DNA of 64,000 nucleotides from Lama guanicoe. Its lineage: Eukaryota. Numbering within the stretch: position 1 is the first letter of the stretch; each line of letters begins with the position of its first letter. The notes beneath the pieces are model-generated. The model saw nothing but the letters and a program-made list of their open reading frames with translations. It did no database searches and was not told the origin of the DNA. The position numbers and the translations under genes are program-made. Below are positions 12,303 to 26,384 of this stretch, piece by piece. The stretch lies in NCBI GenBank assembly GCA_013239625.1, contig MU053557.1, forward strand, positions 4,122,123-4,186,122. The letters are read 5' to 3'.

Positions 12303-12529
12303 CAGTTGTATTCAGCCAGGGTTGATTTTGTTTGCCAAAGGCTATTTGGCAGCCTCTGGAGACATATTTTGTTGTCGTAACTGGAAAGGGTGATGCTACT
12401 GGCATCCAGTTGGTAGAGGTCAGAGATGCTGCTAAATATCTTACAAGGCACAAGACAGCACACTCCCCAACTCACCCAATAAAGAATCATGTGGTCTACA
12501 ATGACAGTAGGGACACAATTGAGAAACTG
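12303..12529. mobile_element. MER20 hAT-Charlie DNA transposon
   Basis: ggtgatgctactggcatccagttggtagaggtcagagatgctgctaaatatcttaca core; cagttg...gagaaactg termini. Confidence 0.85.
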
Positions 12530-13124
12530 GTTCAGAGGAGGTGATTTTCACCAACAGCGGGGGCCCCATGCCTTCTGCATGTGCTGTAGTGTCCATCCCT
12601 CTTAAAAGTGGGAGCCACAAGGAGAGCACAATATTCTGATGCATTCTACACAGACCAGAGAAGATTAGTACACCACCTTCCACTCTGCCCACCCTAACTT
12701 AATACAAGCTGGGGGACACCCAGCAGTACAGTACAAGACACCTGCACAATGAATGACCAAGGAGCTAGGACAGGAGGTGAGAAAAGTCTATCTCTAACTG
12801 ATTTATAAGTTTCAGAGATGTTGGCCTGTTCACAGCTGTATCCCTAATGCCTAGTATGTACTAGATATAGAGCATGCTCACAAAAGAGCTGAATGAATAG
12901 CAAAGCTTTAATCACTACCAATTAAAATAAATTACATTAAAGTGTGGGACCAAGTTATGGGGATGTGAAAGGTCAGCTCTAGCAGGGGGATGGGGAAAGG
13001 CTTTCTACAAAAAGTATCTTTTAAGTTGAATTTTAGAGACTGGGTAATAATGGTGGAGGCAAAAGTGTAATCCAGGGGCTATAAAGAGTGCAGACAAAGG
13101 CCCAGAGACAGGAAATTATATGGA

Positions 13125-13205
13125 GATATATCTATATCTATAGATATATATATAGAGAGAGATATATACACACATACACACATATATATATATATATCCA
13201 TATAT
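13125..13205. repeat. Compound (TA)/(GA)/(CA) microsatellite
   Basis: gatatatctatatctatagatatatatagagagagatatatacacacatacacacatatatatatatatatcc. Confidence 0.85.
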
Positions 13206-13264
13206 CCACAAAGCCATATAAATATAAAAAGAGTACAAGTTAACTGGATGGGGGCAGGTCTCAG

Positions 13265-13428
13265 AGCACTGATTCTCCAACCACAGTGTGCTTCAGAATC
13301 ACCTGGAGAGCTTGTTCAAACACCAGTTGCAGGTAGATCTTGAATGCAGTCCAAGAATTTGCATTTCTGATATGTTCCCAAGTGATATTGTTGCTGGCGG
13401 TTTGGGGGCTACACTCTGAGAACCACTG
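13265..13428. mobile_element. MER5A DNA transposon
   Basis: tcagaatcacctggagagcttgtt...aagaatttgcatttct...ccaagtgat...acactctgagaaccactg. Confidence 0.8.
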
Positions 13429-15059
13429 TCTTCCAGGTTTTGAATGCTATGCTAGGAGGAGTCAACAACAGTTTTTTTGAACTGAAAAATGTCCACCACA
13501 ATCAACACTGCCACATGCTCTACTAAAAAGAACTGAATTACAACAAATTCAAGAGAAAGTGTGGTCAGTTCACAGGCTAAGTGCATAGTATTTATCAGAG
13601 AAAGCAATTGTGTTTCATCTCGGGACTAGAGCAATCTATAAGATCTATTCTCTAGACTTCCATTGGACAATTCCCATTCTTCTGTAACTAGAAAACCTTT
13701 ACAAAGTGGTTAAGTGAATGTTCAAATGACAAGTGAGGTTCCAGATGGCCAAGATTATCTGAGATGTAGCAAGGGTATTTACAAAGTAATTTCTTATGCA
13801 AAACACTTCAAAGTATTGCTCACAAAACTACATTAAAAAAATCCCCTTTGGTAGACCAGCCACCAGCTTCCCCAACTGCAGCCACGTGTAAATATGTGAT
13901 CAAATTGCTTTTAAATGTCTCTGGGGACACAATTTACTTTGACAACTCTTAGAAGGCAGCAGTATATTTTAAGTTCCATGCTAATCACTTCCCTGCTTCT
14001 CCTGCAATTAAGGAAAACTCTTCCTCACTTCCTGTCCTCGCAACCACAGGCAAGGCAGAAAGAGCAAGGAGAACAACCTGGAACCCTAAACTCTCAGAAC
14101 CAGGGATCTTAGCAGTCTTCGCATCCAGGTGCCAACTCTCCCTGCCTTTAATATTTATTAGTCTGTTTATCAGTCTGTCAGGATCAGTTACTTAACCTCT
14201 CCAAGATCCAGTTTCCTCATCTGTCAAGTGGGGAACATTATGTTCCCCTCTTTGATTGGCTGTGAAGATTGATGGAATAGTATGTTTAAAACTTAGAAAG
14301 TTCCTGGTACATAAAGCTTAACAAACAGCAGCTACTATCTTTACTCCCAGCCCCTCTGATCTTACATGTACACGTATATTTGTTTCATAAGTGCTACTGT
14401 AAACAAATTCAAATACACTTTGGAACTAGGGGCTCTAAATTATTTGACAAATAAAATAGAAGACATCGTGTTCCACATCTCTCCAGACAGTTGACTCTAA
14501 GAAACAAAAAGGTACGTGAGTTGGTCTCTAAAGGTGAATGGAAACTGAGACCATATTGGCTGCAATCAGTGGAGCTGATTATATGTAGCCTCCTCTCATG
14601 GACCCATTCCAGGTCCAGCCCTCTTACCTGAGATGGCTAAAGACAGCATCCTGAGTGATCACTGAGACCAAATCTCTAATCAAGATCAATGAAAGAAAGA
14701 AACATCAACCATAGGAGAGAAGAGATGAAGCAGCAGCTGGCTGCTAAGACCTCAGTGTTGGAATGGAATCAGAAAACAGAAACATTTCACCATGGTTATT
14801 TTCCACAATGCTTAATGTAAAAAGCACAAGGTATTCATCTTCAAGATAAGGGGATGAAGAACTCCACTGAATCAGTAAACTTAGGATTGACAAGGGACAT
14901 CTTACCTTTAGCTATCAAATAAGCAAGTTCTAGTCCCAGCTCTTTCATGGATGTTTCTTATGACTTTGGACAAATCACTCTGAGTCTTTCTGTGTTTCCG
15001 TTGTCTTGTGTGTAAACAGGGTATTGGTTACATCCAAGTTTTGGTAAGAGGTTGTAGTT

Positions 15060-15544
15060 GTAATGGAATAAAGGTGGCCACAAATTCTTTGATACTTCTC
15101 CCAACCAGAGGTGAGGAGTCTGCCCCATTTGCTCACATATGGGCTGTCCTGGGATCACTTTGACTAATAGAGCACATTAAAAGTGCTGGATGCCAGGCCC
15201 AGGCCCAGGACCAGTTTTTAAGAGGACTCTTGGTTTCTCAGAACCAGGAGCTGTCACATGAAAAATCTAATAGGTATCAATATGAGATCACAAATAGGGA
15301 CCCCCATGGACAGAGAGAGAAGCCCAGCTGAGCCCAGCCTTCCAGATGACCTCACCAAGATGCCATGTGTGTGATACACTGTGTTGGGCCCTCCAGGCCC
15401 GTCCAGTCTCCAGCTAAATACCACCAAATAACTTCAGACAAGCCCAAGTGCCTGATGCACAGAACTGTGAGATCTAATAATACATTATTATTTAAGCCAC
15501 TAAGTTTTGGGGTACATGTATTATGGCACCAGACAACCACAACA
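15060..15544 (+). mobile_element. MaLR solo LTR (MLT1G/H-like)
   Basis: aaaggtggccacaaattctttgatact start; cagaactgtgagatctaataatacattattatttaagccactaagttttgggg end. Confidence 0.75.
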
Positions 15545-16726
15545 GGGGTAAACAGGTAACACATAGTCTGGGGTAACTGTGGGGTTCACTGGCTGGGCTG
15601 TAGTCTTCCCTCCAGGAAGTGATCCGTGTTTTGTGGCAGAACTCTAGAGCAAGAGACTCATTTTTCTGCTCTTAGTAACTGGTTTTGTTATATTTTAGTT
15701 CCTTCAGTCCCACTTTGGAGAAGTGGAGAAGGGAGTAAAGCAGCAGTAGCTTCATGAAAAACCTGAAGGCCTTTCCCTCTGGTCCCAAGAGGCTTGACAA
15801 GCTGCCAGTCACCTGGAGGATCAATAAAGAGACCCCAGCGGGGACATTCACCAGGAGCCAGGGGCAGGAATGTGACTGAGAACGCAGCCAAGAGTGGAGA
15901 CAAAACTGTGGGTTCCAGGAAGGAAAATCTGTAGGGGTGTGGGGACAGGGAGAGGCACCTTCCAGTCAGAGATCTGGAGGACATCAGGTCAAGCCTTTGC
16001 AAGAATCATAATCCCACGTGCAACCTGCAGATTTAATTATATGTTCTTCTCTGTTAAACACACTTCTAGACCTTCACAGTAAGAAAACTTGCAGGGAGGG
16101 GGATATCAGCTGTCTAGGTAGGTGTCTTTCGGAGTGATTACAGACGAAAGGAAAAAGATCATCTGCCAAAAATGTCAGCTGGAAACATCTGAGCAGAGTT
16201 AACAGGACACACACAAAGGTTACCAAGGTATACTTTATGACACATATGAATTGATCAGTCTGCTAGCAGATACTGGATAACTGTCCCACTGACCCTTTCA
16301 GATTCAGCCCAAGGGTAACATCCCTTGGAAGGTTGTTTCTGACCCAAAAAGCACAGGAGGAGACTCTTTTCTGTCAGAGATAGGGTTTGGCTCACCATCT
16401 GCGGCCTGTTTTTTTTTTTCCTCCCCGGCACTTTGTATATATCTGCAACATAGTATTTCTCTAACTGTATTACAATTGTCCACTTACTTTTCTGCTACAA
16501 TGATTATTTCTGCTTTACACACCATCCATTGTTTGAGAGTACACTCTGTGTCAGGAAGTGTATTCTATGCTAAATATAATTCGATATAATTCCTACAGCA
16601 ACTCTGAAAGACAGCTCTCATCATCCATATTTTAAATATGAGGAAACTAAGGCACAGAGAATTTATTCCAATTGCCCAGCATCACATGGCCAGGATATGG
16701 TAGAACTGGGACTTAAAACTCACATC

Positions 16727-17582
16727 ACTAATTATCAGAGAAATGCAAATCAAAACTACAATGAGGTATCACCTCACATCAGTCAGAATGGCCATCATTC
16801 AAAAATCCACAAATGACAAATGCTGGAGAGGCTGTGGAGAAAGGGGAACCCTCCTACACTGCTGGTGGGAATGCAGTTTGGTGCAGCCACTATGGAAAAC
16901 AGTGTGGAGATTCCTCAAAAGACTAGGAATAGACTTACCATATGACCCAGGAATCCCACTCCTGGGATTGTATCCAGAAGGAAATCTACTTCAGGATGAC
17001 ACCTGCACCCCAATGTTCATAGCAGCACTATTTACAATAGCCAAAACATGGAAACAGCCTAAATGTCCATCAACAGGTGACTGGATAAAGAAGATGTGGT
17101 ATATTTATACAATGGAATACTACTCAGCCATAAAAACCGACAACATAATGCCATTTGCAGCAACATGGATGCTCCTAGAGAATGTCATTCTAAGTGAAGT
17201 AAGCCAGAAAGAGAAAGAAAAATACCATATGAGATCACTCATATGTGGAATCTAGAAAACAAAAACAAACAAGCAAACAAAAACAAAGCATAAATACAGG
17301 ACAGAAATAGACTCATGGACAGAGAATACAGACTTGTGGTTACCAGGGGGGTAGAGGGTGGGAAGGGATAGACTGGGATTTCAAAATTGTAGAATAGATA
17401 AACGAGATCACACTGTATAGCACAGGGAAATATACACAAAATGTTATGATAAATCACAGAGAAAAAAATGTGACAATGAGTGTGTATATGTCCATGAATG
17501 ACTGAAAAATTGTGCTGAACACTGGAATTTGACACAACATTGTAAAATGATTATAAATCAATAAAAAATGTAAAGAAAAAAA
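16727..17582 (+). mobile_element. Young 5'-truncated L1 (ORF2 C-terminus, 3'UTR, poly-A) inserted into a MIR
   Basis: Open 170-aa ORF2 C-terminal frame at 16743-17255 (CWRGCGE...HCWWEC knuckle). AATAAA plus A-tail to about 17582. TSD aaaactcacatc (16715-16726) / acaactcacatc (17583-17594) at a TT/AAAA site. MIR halves on both sides. Confidence 0.95.
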
Positions 17583-18428
17583 ACAACTCACATCTGTCAA
17601 AGTCCATGCTGTATAAGCATGCATATGCAGGCCCTATAAGCTTTCTGAGCTGAGATCACACAGAAAAAGACATATTTAAAGATGAAGCTGACATAAGATA
17701 ATACATAGGAATATTAATTAAGAAGCTACTGCAAATAATCCAGAAATGGGATGAAAAAAAAAAAGAACAAGGAGGAGAAAGATGGATTTTAAAGTTATCT
17801 ATAGAAATATAGCTATGATTTGGCATCTGGCTGGTCATGGTTGATAGGTAAAAGTTTCCCTCAAAGAATTACTTAAATGACTAAAAAGCGACTAGTAAAT
17901 GCACTGTGATGTACAAAAGGAAGAAGATATTAGTTTATGATGGAAATTTCCACTTTGGGTTGAGAAGAGAGAAAGATGCTTACGGCAAGATGTTGAACAG
18001 GCAGCTACCTGTTCAACAGAGCCCGGAGGGCCCAGCACAGGACAACATTGCAGGAAGGACAAGGGCAGAGGTGCAGGTGAAGCCACAGGATGAGTGGGCT
18101 CTCCACAAAAGAGAGGCGAGATACCCAGAGCTTTGAAGGCTGAGGGTGTAATCTTGAAGGACACTCAGCTATGCAATAGGAGGAAAAAGACAACTATCAG
18201 TGTCTGGGAAGGCGCCCACAATAGCCACCAGGAATTTGTATTTAGAAAGGAAAGCAATATTGGAATAATACTTGTGGCTAACATTTACTGAATGCTTGCT
18301 AAGTTATATTCTTTGTATACACTCAGTAATTTAGTCTTCCCTAACTCCAGATGGAATATATTAGTATGGACACAATTTTACTGATGAGAAGGTAAAATCC
18401 AGAAGGTTTAAGCAATTTCCTCAAGATC

Positions 18429-18706
18429 TAGAATATAAACTTGTTGTTATCAGTGGGGAGTGGGGTGGGAAGGGACAGACTGGGAGTACAAAATTTGTAG
18501 ATACTGACAGGCATATGTAGAATAGATAAACAAGATTATACTGTATAGCACAGTGAAATAAATACAAGATCTTATGGTATCTCACAGCCAAAAAGAATGT
18601 GACAATGAACATATGTATGTTCATGTATAACTGAAAAACTGTGCTCTACACTAGAAACTGACACAACATTATAAACTGACTATAACTCAATAAAATAAAA
18701 TAAAAT
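18429..18706 (+). mobile_element. Short L1 3'UTR insertion splitting a MIR
   Basis: Homologous to the 3'UTR at 17320-17570; (TAAAA)n tail; TSD aagcaatttcctcaagatc (18410-18428) / aagacattttctcaagatc (18707-18725). Confidence 0.9.
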
Positions 18707-21700
18707 AAGACATTTTCTCAAGATCACACAATTGATAACTGGTCAAGCTGGGATTGGATCCAGGCAGCCTAGCACCACAGGCCTCATTCTTAACCACTTG
18801 CTATATTGGGACATCTAAAAGGGTAGAAAAACTAACAACAAAGTCATATCAAACAACCACAAGTCACATCTCAGAGCATTCTAGGCTCAGCTAAAGGTGC
18901 CTGGAATGGCCACTGTGGACTTGTAAGAACACAGGAACAGATGAGAGGAAGACTGACTCTCAGGGAGCTGGTAGTCTAGTGTGAGACAAAGAAACCAGTA
19001 AACCAATAAAATGAGTGATCACTGCAATGCTTATATTTAACATTCTAAGCGAGCTCAGAGAAAGAAACAACACATCTTTGGGAATGAAGCCCAGTCAGTT
19101 GGTGGACAAGCTGACACATCTGAGTAGTGAAGAAGGATTGGATGTTCACCAGGAAAAGAAAAGGAACTCAAGACACAGGTACAATATGGAGTTACGAGGA
19201 AACACAGCACACTCAGGAAAAGATAACAGACCACTCATGGGTGGGAGTTGAGATAGGAAAGACACAGACTGAGGATAATGCGGGGGAAAGCCCTGAAAAA
19301 CAAGCTAAGAATTTAGCCTCTATTACTGAAAAATCTCTGGAGCATTGCATATGTTATTTTCTGAAACTGTTGCTCTCCGTACCTCACTCTCTCCCCGTTC
19401 ACTTACTGGCATCTGCATCATCCACAAATCCCAGCTTCAGTATCACTTCTGGGAGCTCTCCCTGCATTGGCAGTCATGTGCTCCAACAAATTCCTTGACT
19501 TTTCCTTACTCTATTTTACTATATAATTTTTCTGTAATTACCTATTTACTATGTGTATTCTCCACTAGACTAAAATCCCTGTGATTCAGGGCTTTTCTGA
19601 TTATTCACCACTGTTCTTCCAGTGCTCTGCTCCCAGCAATTAGTAAGCACTCAATAAATACTGGATGAAATGACTATAAAAATAAGATTTCATATCCCCT
19701 AGCATGAAATTCAACTAAACAAATATCACCATTAGGTAATGGCCTTGCCCTCAAAGAGTATGTAAGAAGGGATAACTTATAACATGCATTCCTTGCAGAA
19801 ATGTATTTCAATCCTATTGGGAAAACAAATGTAATTGTGTGACATGAGTTCACAGTGACAGATATTTTTCATTTACACTTTATAAAATTGAGTTATGCTC
19901 CAGGGAGATCATTAAGAAATGCAGGCACACTTATCTCCAGCACAGGATGAAATATGCAATCTTTGAGTCAGAATTGTATGTTTTACAATCAAATCTGTTT
20001 CAAAAGAAAATCTGTGACTGAGAAACTATTGGAGGAGTTTTGCAGATAAAACACATCAAGTTCCTGGGCTTCCAAGAGGAAGAGTGACAATTCAGTTGGA
20101 CATATCAAAGAGAAAACTTTGCAATGCTATAGAGAATAGTACACTCAATGAAGTGAAATAGATTTTTTAAAAGGGAACTGCATTTGAGCATGTACGTCGA
20201 AGTACAGCGTGATCAGAGAAGGAGCATCAGAATGGCTAAAAGTCTGAAAAGCATGGAATATGAAGCCTGTGGAAGGATCTAGAGAGACCTGGCTTAGCAT
20301 AAAGAAGACTTGGGAATGACACACCTGTCTCGTTGTGGAGGCTCCGTAAAGATACCTGGAAGCCCCCTTTGCTCAGCATAAGAGAAGTTGGTATCTGCTA
20401 TTTTTGTCTGCCTAGCATCCCTCTCTCCAGAGGGAAATGCCATTCTCCTGTGACATATGCTTCTGGTAAAACCAGCAACAGTGCCTCACCTCTGCCCAGC
20501 AACCAGATGCGTCATCCTCACACCACGATGATTGGTCAAGAGGAGAGTATCTGACTCAAGCAAAGCCAATGGAAGTTCTTCCATGAGAAACAGCATTTAG
20601 GCTTCTCTTCCTTGCACTCATGAGTTAAGGGTGGTTTAAGACTCATGTTGTCAATGGCTGTTTTTTTGAAACCAGACTGAGAATGGATCCAACAAGAAAA
20701 CAGCACAGGGGCAAAGAGGGAGAGATATAAAGATAGGAACATACATAGAGAAATCGAGATAGAGAGGGAGATACAGAGAAAAATAGAAGGAAAGAAAGAG
20801 ACAAAGAGGAGATGAAGACAGAGACAAAGGGAGAGGGCTAGACTGCATGACAGTATTCAAACCCTGAAGAGCCATGTCTGAGCCCTGACTTTTCAGCTCT
20901 GAACCAATCAATTTATTTTCTGTCACACGCTGCTGAAAAAGATCTTACTAATATATGACATGATAAGCAAGTTGGTAAGAACACTGCACTCAGGAAATTC
21001 CTTAGGATATGTAAAGAAAAAGCTCTCCTCAAAGCCTTATTTAAAACATAAATCTGTTAGAGTAAACTAAAAATATATTCACATAACAAGTCTGCTTATT
21101 GCATACAAAATGAATGGAATTTACAGGGGGCCACTATTTAAAGTTGTTAACCCTAGGGTATAAGGAAAGGAAGAATGGGGGACATTTTTATGTTCTACTT
21201 GTGAAATGATGGCATTTTAAAAATAATGCTCAGGTATTATTGTTATGATTTTTTTTAAACTGTGATGATTAGAAAAGATCTTGTTGAAATAGATCAAACA
21301 CAAGATCATGAACTGGCAGGGAGTGAAGGAAAGATAAACGTGAGGGTCCTCGGGAGAAAGAATCTGCCCACAGGAGATGCGAGGGCTCCCTTTGCGGGAG
21401 AATCTAGGGCATTTCATGAGAAAGCAGAAAGAACATGCTGGTCAGAATGACTTCCACGCTCCCCACCTTGCTCCGACCTCAGAGGGAACACCTACCACCA
21501 AAGTCCTCACGTTCTCAGTGACTTGAGGAATGTGCTGTCCCAGAAATGCTCTCAGCTAAGAGGCTACTGCAGACACTCTCACATTTGAGGAGTGCTAACT
21601 TCTAGCAAAGAGAAAGCTAAAGTTTAAGATGTATATTTCAGAAATTAGTAATAACGGAGGGCCCCAACTAAAATCTAAATGACCGTCCAGCCTAGCCAGT

Positions 21701-22899
21701 ACAGCTCCCACTGCCTCTATATAACCATTGTTAACGATTTGGCACAATTTCATTCATACTTACTATCTCTCACACTCACTCATTCATGGACACTCAGATA
21801 CAAACATCTATATATTTATTTTACAAAAGTAGAATTACTCTAAACATTAATGTCTGAAATTTGCCTTTTTTCCTCACATAATATACCAGTGACCTTTCTG
21901 GGACAATACACATAGCTATTCCTCGTGGTTTTCAACAGCTGCACTATATTCCACTTTAAACCGGTACTCTATTATACTTGGTTAGTTTTCATTTACCAGA
22001 ACCTTAGATTTAAAATTATCAATTATATGTAAAGCTTTAATGCAGTCTTTGAGCTTCCCTGACCCATACTATATGATGCATGTATTTTAATTATGTTTTG
22101 GAAATTATTTCTAATGAGTCAATAAACTTTCATTAATAGGATTCAATTTTCAAGGCACCAGGAAGCACAGTGGAAGAAGAATGCTCATTGAAGAAATGCA
22201 TCTTATAATATTAATGGAACTTTGCATTTTACTTTGCTCCAGGGGTCTGCTATCTGGGTGGAATTAGGAACCAAGTTATGACTATTCTTGCTTGAGAGAC
22301 ACTACCCTATGTCAGTCACCCAAAAGACTCAGAGCAGCTTTAGAGAGGAGGACACAACATCTTGCCAGGAGTCACATGGCAAGCGGTAACATCACACCTC
22401 CCTGAGACACTCACTCTGTACTTCAGCCCAGCCCAGCCCTACCCAACTGTCATGCTGAGAGGAACACAGCAAAACAGAAGCTAGATGATAAATACAATCA
22501 TACTCTTTCAGGCTAAAATGTCCTGTAACATCAGAGTGGAACTTCCAACTCGTGGGACAGGGAATGATGGAGATAACTGGCAAGTTTTCCAAGCTCCCAG
22601 AAGAAAACAAACCACTTGACTGTGTTTAACTTATGATGTTGGAGTTCTGATGTTCACTATCAGAGAAGGAAATGGAATTATTGGCAGCACTGCTCAAAAA
22701 GCAGATGTGCTCAGGACTCAGTGGTGTTTACAAGATACCTAAATCAGTGTTTATGTAATTACTGGTTAATTGTCAATCTCCCAATTAAAAGGTAAATTCC
22801 ATGAGGGTGGGGGTCTTGTTCTTACTCATATCCTTGTGTTTTTCCCCACTGGGGAAGATAGAGACATTTAAGAAAAAATTAAAGAGAAATTAACTGTGG

Positions 22900-23580
22900 A
22901 TTTAATCACAATTGCCCTAAGTTTTCACAGGAGAATGACAGGTTTGATTGAGTCAGAGAGGACTTCTGCAAGGAAGAAAGGATTGAGCTAAAATGTGAAA
23001 GGACATGCAAGAGAGGACGGAGCAAAGAAGCTTTCTAGGCAGAGGTATGAGCCAAGGCCCTGTGGTGGATGAACACAGAACACTGGAAAAAAAGAAAGAA
23101 GGTCAAGGCAGTGCAGCCTAGAGAGTGAGGCTGCTGAAGGTCATGCAGTGAGGCTGGGGACATAGACTGGAAACAGAGGGAACAAAACCCTACAGGCCAA
23201 GGAGTTTGGTCTTGTCCTCAGTGCAGTGAAAAGCCATTGAAGAGTTTTAAGCAAAGGAACAATGAGATCAGAGTTGCAGTGTTAAAAGATGGCTGTGAGA
23301 TCTTTTAAGTATCAAGCGGATTAGAGGGAGATAAAACAGATGTGGGGGAAAATCAGGAGGTTGTTGCCATGACACGCAAGAGATGATATTAGTTTGGACT
23401 AGGATGGTAGACATGGGGAGAAATAGTTTAGGATCTGTTTAGGAAGGAAAATCAATAGGACTGGTCATTATGTAAATGTTGGCAATAAGGAAAGACTGAA
23501 TTAAGAATAACTATCTAGTTTCTGGATGTGGCAGCTGCTTGGAGAAGCTATTCACTGAGAAAGAAGTCCAAGTTTGGTAA
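22900..23580 (-). mobile_element. L2 LINE remnant
   Basis: ggagtttggtcttgtcctcagtgcagtgaaaagccattgaagagttttaagca...gagatcagagttgcagtgttaaaagat. Confidence 0.7.
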
Positions 23581-25617
23581 GAAAGATCATTGGTTGTACA
23601 GTTACAAGAAATTGAAATTAACACTCACTAACATTGAGGGCTGTGCCAAACTGGGCCAATGTTATGCCTTAAATAGATCATCTAACTTAAACCTAACTGT
23701 GATCCTATTAAATAGGTGTGATTGCCCCTATTTTTAGAGGTGAAAAAACTGAGACTCAGAAAGGCTTAGTAACTTATTGTCATTCTCAGAGCTAAAAATT
23801 GGCTGAGCCGAGATTTGAACCCAGACCTCAGTTCTAAAGCAGATGACTCTTAGAGACAAGCCCATTCTGCTTCATGACAACTCAGGCCTACTCAGGGAAA
23901 ATTTCACAATTTCAGAAGAACTTGACAGTCAGTCTGGAATTATGAAGCCAAACTGTCCTAGGAAACCTTCAATTCTTTTCTCAAGGCTGCCCCAAGTAAA
24001 CTGTCCACATCAGGAAGATGACTGCACACTCCCCCGATTCTTCATTCCCCACCCAGTTCTCATCTTCCCCTGGCTTTGGGCCAAACCTCAGGGTTACCTC
24101 CAGTTGCCCTGATCTCCCCAGCTTTGCCTTCTCCAAGTTCCTATAACACTTACAGTCTCGTCACTTATTTTGGCAATGATCAAGTGCAGGCTACCCTGCA
24201 GGATTTCCATATATTTTATACTTCCTCACATTTTGTTTTTTCTAACGTGAACTTTTTTACAGAATATACTGTCTTAAAAAATCTCTCAGGCCATGAAGTC
24301 AGATTGTTGTAAATAAGCTAATAAACACAAATTTCAAACTGTGACACTGTGGTTCTGGCTGCCAACCAATAGCTCAGTTTTACCAATGCCATTATCTCTA
24401 GTTGTTGAGTGGAGTCTCATTATTCATGCATTTAACTTACTCATTCATCCGTACGTTCATGGCAGAGCAAGAGAGAACACGCACAATTTAAACAGAGCGG
24501 GCCATTACACCTACCATTCCAATCAATAAGCACCTGTCCCATAAAAATAGGTGTTGAGTGTGCCGTTCCCTCACCTGCTTTCAGTCCCTAAGGATTTTTC
24601 CAGTGTGAGTAATTATCTGGGAAAACTCTGATTTCAGTGTATAAAGGCATATATTTTAAACACACAACAATCTCTAATTATAAGTCAACTAGTCTCCCTA
24701 TTTCTCTATTAAAGGAACAGTCACCTATCCCACGACTAGGGAGAAAAATGGGGTTTGCTGAACTACTCAAGAGACAGTAAGAGATTTTCCCCGGCAATTC
24801 TGATAACATATGATTTTCACACCATACTTTCTTTTGGGAACTACCCCCAAAAGATAAGACTAAGTGATAGTAGCATATGTTCGAGTAATCATTTGACTTT
24901 TAAACTGGATTCTGCCTTTATTAATTAATACAACTGAGCAGGAATTGGAAAATGAAAAGTGCTGATACAAATGATAAACATATACCTCCAACAAATGAGG
25001 CAAAGCTGGAAATTATTAGGGCTCCTGAAGTCAAATGTGAAGGAAAAAAAACCACAGTTATGCAATAGTAATAAAATGTTAGCCATGAGTCCAAAAAGCA
25101 AACAATTACTGAGGATTTTATAATTTTCTGGAAAAGGGCCTCCAGAGTCACAGGCACATACCTCAAGATGCATATAAAATTATGAAGCAGGCACATTTTC
25201 AGAAGGTCGTGTTCAAACAGAACACTATCATTCTGAGCCACCCTGCTGCCAGCTGGGCAGATAGATTAATTCTTGCCTCTCAGCACCCTCAGATTTGTTC
25301 ATGCCATCAGTATATAACTGAGAGCTCTATCTATGGGAAATGTGATTGCCGGTACCTGACACTATGTAGATTGCAAGCTCCTTGCAGATGGGTTCCAGGC
25401 CTTACACACCTCTGTGTCTGCAGGGCCGTAGAGAGTGCCTGACTAAAAGTGGGCAGTGTACAAAAGCTGCAGACTGAATGAATAGTGAGTAGCCAGATTT
25501 ACCTCTCTGACATTCATTCCTCTAATGAATTAGGGAAGAAACAAAGACACAGCCCAAAAGCCACCAGGTTGTTGTCTCCTGTATGGAAATCCACTATGCA
25601 CACGGCTTTGGCCTTAC

Positions 25618-25818
25618 CTATCCAAAGAAATGCAGCACAGGTGAAAAATTGATGCTGTTGTGAGCAGGACGTCAAGAGATGTCCGGACAAGGCAAAACAT
25701 CTCCCCATAGATCCAGATGTCTTGAACCAGCTCAATGGCACCAAACGGCATCACCAGCACTGACACCAGCAAATCCGCAAAGGCAAGAGACACGATGAAG
25801 TAATTGGTCTTTATTTTC
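25618..25818 (-). CDS. HTR4: 5-HT4 receptor, 201-bp coding exon (TM2, TM3)
   Basis: CGCAG|G AAA ATA AAG ... [81 protein letters not shown]. Contains the class A GPCR LAxAD motif, the amine-binding Asp3.32 and the DR of DRY. Phase 2-2. Confidence 0.98.
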
Positions 25819-25820
25819 CT

Positions 25821-25960
25821 GCGGGTGAAAAAGTGTAAGGGAGGAGGCAGGGAGAGGGACAAGGGATAAGATTAGGGGGAAAGAAGAAGAAGAGAAAAGA
25901 GGGGAAAATGGAAGCAAAGAAAGAAGGAAGGGATGAAAGAAAAGACAGGTGTGAAACATT
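25821..25960 (-). promoter_or_regulatory. 140-nt AG-exclusion zone upstream of the 201-bp exon
   Basis: No CT on + from 25821 until 25961-25962; branch-like CTAAT (25871-25875) and TTCAC (25951-25955) on the minus strand. Confidence 0.88.
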
Positions 25961-26384
25961 CTGTGAGATTGTTTCCCCTTACATCACATGCGTGGTCCGG
26001 CCACTTCGGACTTCTCCAGACTCCCTTACACCGAAAGCCCTTTCTTGCCCTCCCTTTCCCTCCCTTATGGCCACATTGGCCTGACTTGAGCCCCCTGTGC
26101 ACGAAGCCCCTTTTGAGAGTCTTTCCAGGATGCTCTCTCTCCCCACTGATGGCTTAGCTACACCCCATCGGCTCTTTAGCCCTGGTCTGGTCCTTCTCAG
26201 GAACCCTCAAGGTGCCCCCTATACACACACAAATGGTGTCAAATTCCAGTTTCCCACTCACACTATCATGTGCCTCACATTTTCAACACTTGTCAGAATT
26301 TTGTTTTTACACTGTCTTGATTAATGCATGTGTGGAAGGCAGCAGATGAGGTAGGACTGCATCTTTTGCCCCCTTTTATGATCT

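Noticed and set aside
25614..25617. In-frame stops right after exons (TAA at 25614-25616, TGA at 27079-27081 and 2959-2961) as signs of pseudogenisation
   Set aside because: They are part of phase-2 GTAA/GTGA donor sites; the spliced frame is fully open.
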